From assembly GCA_965204595.1 (NCBI GenBank), contig CBDBEW010000014.1:405034-469033 (forward strand): 64,000 bases of DNA. Direction: 5' to 3'. Shown here one piece after another: positions 29,013-35,804 of the stretch. Position 1 is the stretch's first letter. Each line of letters opens with the position of its first letter. A program made the translations under genes and the position numbers. The notes beneath the pieces were generated by a model. That model was given only the letters and a program-made list of their open reading frames with translations, was not told where the DNA came from and did no database searches. The stretch comes from Candidatus Aldehydirespiratoraceae bacterium (GTDB taxonomy: Bacteria > Actinomycetota > Acidimicrobiia > Acidimicrobiales > Aldehydirespiratoraceae).

Positions 29013-29120
29013 GTGTCCAACGGGTACAGCATCGACGACTTCGACATCGACACCCAAGCCCGAACGGTCACCTGCCTCGCCGGTGTGACCATAAATATCA
29101 CCAACAACCGCTTATCATCG
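29013..29120 (+). pseudogene. transposase fragment (IS1182/IS5-like C-terminal motif)
   Basis: YSIDDFDIDTQARTVTCLAGVT resembles the F-x-I/Y-D-x-x-x-x-x-x-V-T-C-P-A-G block of IS1182/IS5-type transposases. Only about 35 codons are recognisable, and the rest of the track ORF is antisense to the next gene. Confidence 0.4.
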
Positions 29121-29224
29121 AAAACCTCAATAACCGTCAAGAAGAAACAGTACTGTGATTCAACAATTAGATGTCATTTAGCGAACAACTCGCTGAAGCA
29201 GTGGTTGCACAACGTCTTTCGGAA

Positions 29225-29896
29225 TCATAAAGAGTTGCCTAATCGTTGGCCTAACACGCCTGAGATGCCCTGTAATTGCGTTTGCACGCCTTGATTACCG
29301 CAATGTTCGGCGAAGCGCTCCATGACGATCTCTTCAACTTGTTGCCAGTTGTGGGCACGCAGTCCCTGTAGGTGACGGTTGTGGTATTGATCAAAAACGA
29401 TAACTTCGTTGCCCGCAGATCTCAAGGCTTCTATGTTATGCGGTGCGTCATCAATATATAAATTAGCTTCCACTTGTGGTTTGGCACCGAGAAAACAAAG
29501 GTCACGATAGGGGATACGTACCCGATCGAGCCAATCAACGGTGTCACTAGCAGCGATTTGGTGCCCCCAATTCACATAAAGACGATGGGTGATTATGCGT
29601 ATCCAAACCCCGGCATCCGATAGCCGCCACAACGCTTCGGTAGCACCTTCAATCACTTCCATATCTCTGAACATGCGACCTTGCGTGACCGCATACAGAT
29701 GGTGATCTTCAAAAGTTTCTTGACTAAAACCCCATTCCTCAAAGTTCCAACTGCGTTCCAAAGGAAGGGATTCTTCTGCAACGCCAAGCCGCTTGGCAAC
29801 AACGCGGCGAAAACCGAGTGTGTGCTCAGCGCATACCCCATCTAGGTCAACACCGAGGACAAAGGTTTCAGGGTTGGTGGTTTCAGGTGTGGTCAT
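29225..29896 (-). CDS. HAD-superfamily 5'(3')-deoxyribonucleotidase-like protein (NT5C family)
   Basis: VLGVDLDGVCAEH (DxDGV nucleophile motif) and LYIDDAPHNIEAL motif. Confidence 0.6.
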   Translation of the reverse strand: MTTPETTNPETFVLGVDLDGVCAEHTLGFRRVVAKRLGVAEESLPLERSWNFEEWGFSQETFEDHHLYAVTQGRMFRDMEVIEGATEALWRLSDAGVWIRIITHRLYVNWGHQIAASDTVDWLDRVRIPYRDLCFLGAKPQVEANLYIDDAPHNIEALRSAGNEVIVFDQYHNRHLQGLRAHNWQQVEEIVMERFAEHCGNQGVQTQLQGISGVLGQRLGNSL

Positions 29897-29955
29897 ATTG
29901 CATAAATCCTTTAGTTGTTATGTTATCTGTCTTAGAAATCGCTAGCGTCTCCTAA

Positions 29956-30630
29956 ATGCCTAAACGATACGAAGATTTAGCCGCGGCACGAGAACTAAAT
30001 CAGGTATTGCGCGACCTCATCAACACCGTGCGAACCGCAGACTTTACAGGCGTTGACTTGGCTTCTGCTATCGGACAACTACGTTCGGTTGACTCTGAGT
30101 TGGCAAACCATACGGTTCCAAAGTTACAGACGCAATCCACTCTTGAGGGCGAGGAACGGTTTGAAGACAGTTCAACTGAGTTACTAAAGCAAGGTCCGCC
30201 GCGCGCTATTGAGGGTGCTGAACCCGCTGAGTTCTTCCCGTATAGCCCGATCGTGGGGCCGCTTAACCCAATTTCGCCACCAGCTAAGTTGACTAAAGTT
30301 GCTGTTGGGAATTCGTTTGAGATCCAAGGTGAGGTCGTCTTTCCGACGGCGTTTAATGGTCCGCCGGGTTGTGTTCATGGTGGTGCTTTGGCGGCTTTGA
30401 TTGATGAAATGCTTGGGTTGGTGGGTGTGGTTAATGGCTTGGGTGGCTTTACCGGCACGTTAACTGTTGTGTACCATTCACCCACGCCCTTGTACACCCC
30501 TTTGACCTTGCGTTCTTGGATTGAACGTGTTGATGGTAGGAAGGTTTTCTCTTCTGGAGAAATTCGTGTTGGCGAGCAATTGTGCGCCTCCGCAGACGCA
30601 ATTTTCATTCAACCTAAACCAAGAAGTTAG
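29956..30630 (+). CDS. hotdog-fold (PaaI-like) thioesterase with an N-terminal extension
   Basis: PPGCVHGGALAALIDEMLG motif typical of PaaI/4HBT-type thioesterases. Confidence 0.6.
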   Translation: MPKRYEDLAAARELNQVLRDLINTVRTADFTGVDLASAIGQLRSVDSELANHTVPKLQTQSTLEGEERFEDSSTELLKQGPPRAIEGAEPAEFFPYSPIVGPLNPISPPAKLTKVAVGNSFEIQGEVVFPTAFNGPPGCVHGGALAALIDEMLGLVGVVNGLGGFTGTLTVVYHSPTPLYTPLTLRSWIERVDGRKVFSSGEIRVGEQLCASADAIFIQPKPRS

Positions 30631-30633
30631 CAA

Positions 30634-30685
30634 GCACCTTAACTCAGTGTCACACCCCTTGTGCTATTGTGCAATGCGTTGCCAA
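30634..30685. repeat. left copy of a 52-bp direct repeat flanking the R-M cassette
   Basis: GCACCTTAACTCAGTGTCACACCCCTTGTGCTATTGTGCAATGCGTTGCCAA. Identical at 50 of 52 positions to 32510-32561 by manual alignment. Confidence 0.9.
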
Positions 30686-30714
30686 TGAACGAGCAAAATG
30701 GAGGAGCTGGCGGC

Positions 30715-31653
30715 ATGAGCGAAAGGTTTGACTGCGCTGACTTCTTCTGTGGCATAGGTGGGTTCCACATAGCCGCTGCAAGCCTGGGACATCGTGTCGT
30801 GGTGGCTTGTGATATTGACGAAGAAGCGCGGCGAGCGTATGCCGCCAACTTCGCCATCTTGCCCTATGGAGACATATGCACGTTGAACGAAAAGGAGGTG
30901 CCAGATTTCGACTTGTTGTTCAGCGGATTTCCCTGCCAGCCATTCTCGATCATCGGCAAGCGCAATGGTTTTGCTGACGACAGAGGCACGTTGTTTTTCC
31001 AACTGTCGCGGTTCATCTCTGAGAAAAAACCTATTGGGATCATCTTGGAAAACGTCAAGCAGTTGGCTACGGCTAAGGGCGGAACCTTACTACAGTGTAT
31101 GATTGAGGAACTATCCGATCTTGGATACCACGCTGACTACCGTGTGCTGAACACGCTGGACTTTGAGTTGCCGCAAAACCGCGAACGGGTTTACATAGCC
31201 GCATCTTTGCGGTCGCTTGAATCGTTCAAATGGCCCTCTGATGCCGTGTCTATGACACCGCTATCGGACATCTTGGAGAGCGATCCCGACCCCAAACACT
31301 TCGCGTCCGAAGAGATACGAGCTAAGCGTCACCGAGCGCATACCGCAGAGGCCAGTCCTATGATTTGGCACGAGAACAAGAGCGGTAACATATCTAGCCA
31401 TCCGTGGTCGTGCGCGCTAAGAGCGGGAGCCTCCTACAACTACCTGTTGGTAGACGGCAACCGCCGGCTGACACCGCGTGAAACGCTCAGACTGCACGGG
31501 TTCCCCGATTCATGGAAGATTGTGTGCAGCGACAGTCAAACGAAGAAGCAGACCGGTAACGCCGTGTCTGTGCCGGTCGCAAGGGCCATGATCAAAGCAA
31601 TGGGAGAGTACCTTGGAAGAACCGAGACTGAGACGCGGCAGTTATCAGCATAA
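30715..31653 (+). CDS. DNA (cytosine-5)-methyltransferase
   Basis: Motif I FFCGIGGF, motif IV GFPCQPFS, motif VI ENVKQL, motif VIII QNRERVYI, motif X TGNAVSVPV. Start chosen at the ATG at 30715 with GGAGGA 10 nt upstream. The track start at 30661 lies inside the repeat. Confidence 0.9.
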   Translation: MSERFDCADFFCGIGGFHIAAASLGHRVVVACDIDEEARRAYAANFAILPYGDICTLNEKEVPDFDLLFSGFPCQPFSIIGKRNGFADDRGTLFFQLSRFISEKKPIGIILENVKQLATAKGGTLLQCMIEELSDLGYHADYRVLNTLDFELPQNRERVYIAASLRSLESFKWPSDAVSMTPLSDILESDPDPKHFASEEIRAKRHRAHTAEASPMIWHENKSGNISSHPWSCALRAGASYNYLLVDGNRRLTPRETLRLHGFPDSWKIVCSDSQTKKQTGNAVSVPVARAMIKAMGEYLGRTETETRQLSA

Positions 31654-32352
31654 ACCACGATACCCGCTAGGCGAGATACCAGACGATGTGTTGCGTGCCG
31701 TGGGCAGACTTATGGTCTACCGCGCCGTTGTGGGCATTGGTGATGTAAGTGGAGACGGCTTCGGAGACATATTCGCAGAGGCCGTGGGAGGTACACACTA
31801 CGCTAGTCCTGTTGGCGTGGTGGATGTCGCTTGTGGGGTTACTGGATGGTCAGTGAAAACAGTGAAGAAGCCTGACCCGTTCACCACACGTACCATTAGG
31901 TTGGTATCTGGAAGGAATTCGCCAGACTATTCATACGGAATCTCAGACCCCCGTTACGACATACAGAAAACCGGCAGTGCTGTGTTGACGATATGGAACC
32001 AGCGTATCCAAGATTCGTTGTCGGAGTTTCACGAGCTCCGCACAGCGGGCTCGTTCGCAACTTTGAGGACAGGAAGTTCGTGCTGTTCGAGCACGAAATG
32101 GAACTGTTTCTGCCAGACGACTACTTGTGGACTGTGAATGCCCGCGGCAATTTAGAGGGCACAGAAACGGCAACAAACAGGAGCAGGTTCGTGTGGCAAC
32201 CGCACGGATCGCAGTTCACCATACGGGAGAACGTGCCGGACACGGCTAGGGCGTTTTATGTGGCGCGAACCGTGGAGACATTGGACACAGCCGACCTTCT
32301 CGGCCTTATAGATTACAGCGACGAGTGGATCAAATTGAAGGAGTCTCTGTGA
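31613..32352 (+). pseudogene. type II restriction endonuclease candidate, split by a frameshift near 32035-32060
   Basis: Two overlapping ORFs in different frames (31613-32137 and 31993-32352). The first carries a PD-(D/E)xK-like VVDVACGVTGWSVKTVK and ends in Cys/Ser-rich nonsense. The second becomes protein-like only from ...LVRNFEDRKFVLFEHE. The 5' end overlaps the MTase stop. Confidence 0.55.
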
Positions 32353-32509
32353 TGCCGACAGAAGAACTACCCCAAAAGAGTCACGAGATCAGTCCTGCCC
32401 CGAAGAGATATTCACGTTTGTCGGCAAGACGGAGGACCTTGCCGACGTTCGCTCAAGGAGCGCGAGTGAGTGCTTCGCTTCTTTCGATATAAACCCAAGA
32501 GGTGGCAGC

Positions 32510-32561
32510 GCACCTTAAGTCAGTGTCACACCCCTTGTGCTATTGTGAAATGCGTTGCCAA
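32510..32561. repeat. right copy of the 52-bp direct repeat
   Basis: GCACCTTAAGTCAGTGTCACACCCCTTGTGCTATTGTGAAATGCGTTGCCAA. Ends 26 nt before the GTG at 32588. Confidence 0.9.
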
Positions 32562-32587
32562 AATCGTAATTCACAAGGAGGCATTTT

Positions 32588-32950
32588 GTGACCACAAGTC
32601 CATTCGAACGAAACCCTGACCCTTTCGCCGAGGAAGGTTTTAGCTCTTCAACATCCCAAGTTGCCCCACTCAAGCGAGACACTAGCCTCGTGATTTTTAC
32701 CGTGCCGGCGATATTGGCATCGCTGCTCGCTGTTTTATTGTATTGGTGGGGTGTGGTGGGTTATGGTGCCGTGGGTATGGCTGCTTTAGGATACGTGCTA
32801 GCAGTGTTGGCAGACACACAAACGCGTCGCACACGTTACGATCAACGCAACTTCGTGCGCCCTAAACTCACTACTAGTTTGCGGGTCGCAACGTTTCTGA
32901 TGGCATTGTTGATCGGTTGGCTAGTTGCTTCAAATCTGGCAGGCTCGTGA
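32588..32950 (+). CDS. small three-TM membrane protein with an N-terminal SPF/DPF peptide (cassette gene A)
   Basis: AAGGAGG lies 7 nt before the GTG. N-terminus TTSPFERNPDPFAEEGF followed by three hydrophobic helices. The stop overlaps the next start (ATGA). Confidence 0.7.
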   Translation: MTTSPFERNPDPFAEEGFSSSTSQVAPLKRDTSLVIFTVPAILASLLAVLLYWWGVVGYGAVGMAALGYVLAVLADTQTRRTRYDQRNFVRPKLTTSLRVATFLMALLIGWLVASNLAGS

Positions 32951-35772
32951 TGCGCGTAATTTGTTTGCTATTTCTGGCAATTTCTTTGGCAGGTGTGCTG
33001 CTCGCAACCACGTCTCCCGCCACCGCAGAAACAAACGTGCCCGTTACCGACAGGTGCTTTTTATCCGAAAGTCAAAACCAAGTCAATGTTTTGATCTTGA
33101 TGGACGTTTCTGGGAGCTTGGCAAGTAACGATCCTGATGGGGCGCGTCAAAAAGGGTTGGAGAGTGCACTAAATAATCTCGCCCGCTTGGCAAGAACTCA
33201 TGATGACGTTGATATCAAAGTTGCCATAGACACATTCGCAAGACGCTATCGCCAAGTTTTGGGCTGGCTGGATGCGAACGAAGCAGCCGTGGCACTCGCA
33301 GACAACATTCGTGAAATTATTCGATCTGGTGGAAGAACTGACTACCGTGAAGCTCTCAAGGGTGCGGCAGCACGTTTTAGCGAAGAACCAGAAAGCACCT
33401 GCAACCTGCTTATGTGGTTCACAGATGGATCACACGACACGAACAATAGCACGCAGGTTGTAGCCAGTGAGTGGGCTGATTTAACCGAGCTTTGTTCATC
33501 ACAGGAAATGAGCGACCTGTCTAATGTAAGTGTCTGGACAACAAGCGTGCTGCTATCTTCAGACGACCTCAACCAAGCAAGCCTCAACACTACCCGCACC
33601 GAACCCCTCGAATTTGTTTACGGTGAACATCCGCGTAACTGTGAACATCCACTTGACGGTGAGATTCGAGCTGACATCAACAGCGAAGAGTTGCGCAACC
33701 TATTAGGCGAGCTATTAAGCGAGGCTGTCTACCGATCCACCGCTACTAGCGATTTGCCCGGAGACGATGATCTGCTACCAAACGAGGCTGAATTTGAAAA
33801 GTGTCAAGGAGAAGGCACCCAAGATGACCCCTGTCAGTTCAATTTTGGGCTAACCGAAACCCATGAGGGTTTTCGCGTATTTGTTGACATGACGTATTCA
33901 AACAATCAAATTCTTGATCCAAGTGCTATCAACGTTGACTTAATTTCTCCGACCGACCGGACATACTCGGTCTACTCTGCTTCGGGAAGCCAACCAACAA
34001 ATGAGGTCCGCTACCAAGAAATTGGTGATTCTGGATTTCTGTCCTACTTTCCATATGACAGTCGCTGGGAAATTATCGGCCATCAAGTGGCAAGAGATTC
34101 GGCTACTGATTGGGAGTGGGCTGGTGAGTGGACGCTTCACTATTGGGGCGACGATAGCGTCCAAAGCAGAGAAGCCACTAAGGTGGCAAGCGCGCTGCGC
34201 ACGATCACGACACCAAAACCTTCTGTCAATATGCGTGTTACCCCGCAAGACGCTCTATTTGGAGAAATAACCAATTATCCAGAACCTGACCAGATACCAG
34301 AATTGCGCTTGCGAGTAGAAAACGGCCAAGGTGGACCACTCTATACCACACGCACGTTCCCTCTGAGTCCAGTGAGCACCGAAAATCCGCAGTTTAGCGA
34401 ACCAGACATTTATAAAGATTTGCTTTACTGGGATAGTGAAGCTGGGGGTGGTGATGGAACAAGTTTGCTTGAAGCATTCGAGAATCAACCGCCGATCACC
34501 TTGGTTGGGGAGTTGAGTCAGGAATTTCAATATGGCAACAACGACGTGACCTGGACACGTCCATTGGATAGACAACTTGAATTGGAAGGTCTCGCCAACT
34601 TCATTGAAGGCGTTAATGAGCGTGCAGAGTTAGAAGAGTGGCTCAACGACCTAGAGCAAGGTAACGCAGATCAACCTGCGTTGCCAACGGTACAGTTGAC
34701 TAATACACCATATGACATTAATGGCTCTGAGGTGGAATTAGATGTTGATGTGCCTGAGGGACGGTTTCCTGGGGACTTGTCGCTAGTTGATGTTAGAGCA
34801 ACAGAAGGTAACCCAGCGGGTGCGTGGAACTGCTCCACACCGTCGGACACTCCTTGCCCACCAGTCAAAGTAGACTTGGGCTTAAACGAAGACGGCAACG
34901 TGGAGACCACGTTAGTTATAGAAATACGCCCAAATCCCGACCTAGAAAGAACATTACGCAACCGCTATGTGATGTTTAGCAACGACGAATGGGCTGATAT
35001 CTGGAATCGGATTTCCCAAGCCACTCAAGCCACAACACTTACTCTGACCTCTGAACCAATTCAGGTCGACATTGCCACCCCTAGCGACAAGATAAGCAAG
35101 TTCTTACCAATATTGGTGGCTCTCGTTTTGTTGGCGGTTGCGTTGCGCTTTGCGGCGGCTTGGTGGCTAAGGCCCTGGCTGCCCTTGGCAACAGCTCAAT
35201 ATGTTGTGAAACCCCTGCAATCAGCGACTGGACTTGCACCCATGATTTCACAACAGCGAGAGTTGTGTATGGACCTCACCGCGCGATCATCATCTGCCAA
35301 TATTGGCTCGGTGGTGCTCAACTCGAGGTTGTTGCCTCTTTTGATAGGTCGTCCCCCGTTGCTTGAAGCACGATCGTCGCGCGGCAATTGCTTTGGTTCA
35401 AGAGGCAGCTATCACAACAGAAAGGGCGAAAGAGTAGGTCGAGTTGGAAACTCTTTGCACGATGGTTGGGTGGTTGATCTTGCAACAGACACACCCTTGT
35501 TGATTGTGTGGGACTTACCAAGTGATGAAACAGATCAGGCAAATCGCATCTCAGAAGTGACCAGCGAAGCATCAGACAAATTGGAGAAGTTGCATCTTGC
35601 AACGCACAAGCCAGCATCGAATCAAAGTTCCAAGATCCCATCGCCACAAACTGACCCATTTTCAAATCCCGCTCGGGATCCATTTGCTGAACCACGGATT
35701 AGCAATGATCCCTTCGCAGATGAGAGCCGTGATCCGTTCAACGAACCAAGACGCAGCGATCCCTTTACGTAA
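32950..35772 (+). CDS. type-I membrane vWA (MIDAS) protein with a cytoplasmic DPF-repeat tail (cassette gene B, 940 aa)
   Basis: Signal peptide MRVICLLFLAISLAGVLLATTSPATA/ETN. vWA MIDAS motif LILMDVSGS (DVSGS at 33103-33117) plus MWFTDGSHD. Large extracytoplasmic region and a TM segment FLPILVALVLLAVALRFAAAWWL (about 35101-35168). The C-terminal tail ends with five DPF motifs. Confidence 0.8.
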   Translation: MRVICLLFLAISLAGVLLATTSPATAETNVPVTDRCFLSESQNQVNVLILMDVSGSLASNDPDGARQKGLESALNNLARLARTHDDVDIKVAIDTFARRYRQVLGWLDANEAAVALADNIREIIRSGGRTDYREALKGAAARFSEEPESTCNLLMWFTDGSHDTNNSTQVVASEWADLTELCSSQEMSDLSNVSVWTTSVLLSSDDLNQASLNTTRTEPLEFVYGEHPRNCEHPLDGEIRADINSEELRNLLGELLSEAVYRSTATSDLPGDDDLLPNEAEFEKCQGEGTQDDPCQFNFGLTETHEGFRVFVDMTYSNNQILDPSAINVDLISPTDRTYSVYSASGSQPTNEVRYQEIGDSGFLSYFPYDSRWEIIGHQVARDSATDWEWAGEWTLHYWGDDSVQSREATKVASALRTITTPKPSVNMRVTPQDALFGEITNYPEPDQIPELRLRVENGQGGPLYTTRTFPLSPVSTENPQFSEPDIYKDLLYWDSEAGGGDGTSLLEAFENQPPITLVGELSQEFQYGNNDVTWTRPLDRQLELEGLANFIEGVNERAELEEWLNDLEQGNADQPALPTVQLTNTPYDINGSEVELDVDVPEGRFPGDLSLVDVRATEGNPAGAWNCSTPSDTPCPPVKVDLGLNEDGNVETTLVIEIRPNPDLERTLRNRYVMFSNDEWADIWNRISQATQATTLTLTSEPIQVDIATPSDKISKFLPILVALVLLAVALRFAAAWWLRPWLPLATAQYVVKPLQSATGLAPMISQQRELCMDLTARSSSANIGSVVLNSRLLPLLIGRPPLLEARSSRGNCFGSRGSYHNRKGERVGRVGNSLHDGWVVDLATDTPLLIVWDLPSDETDQANRISEVTSEASDKLEKLHLATHKPASNQSSKIPSPQTDPFSNPARDPFAEPRISNDPFADESRDPFNEPRRSDPFT

Positions 35773-35804
35773 TAAACAAGAAATGCTTAGAAAGGATTCA
35801 ACCC

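Noticed and set aside
29225-30630. NT5C-like deoxyribonucleotidase and thioesterase, considered as part of a nucleotide-depletion defence system together with the R-M cassette.
   Set aside because: The two genes are divergently transcribed and not coupled to each other or to the R-M unit. The direct-repeat analysis shows the R-M cassette was inserted later. There is no supporting motif evidence.
30661-30714. Track start codon of the methyltransferase at 30661 (MLLCNALPMNEQNGGAGG...).
   Set aside because: These codons lie inside the duplicated 52-mer, which also occurs upstream of an unrelated gene. The ATG at 30715 has a GGAGGA RBS and gives the usual short lead into motif I.
32351-32494. 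A 47-codon ORF (MPTEELPQKSHEISPAPKRYSRLSARRR...) after the endonuclease, considered as a possible Vsr or C-protein remnant.
   Set aside because: No Vsr or HTH controller motifs are recognisable. It is short, Arg/Ser-rich and lacks an RBS.
35160-35695. Internal or antisense ORFs within the vWA and tubulin-like genes (e.g. 35160-35366 +, 35318-35695 -, 36699-37052 -, 38848-39153 -).
   Set aside because: They are nested in long, well-packed ORFs with coherent domain content. They show no independent signals.
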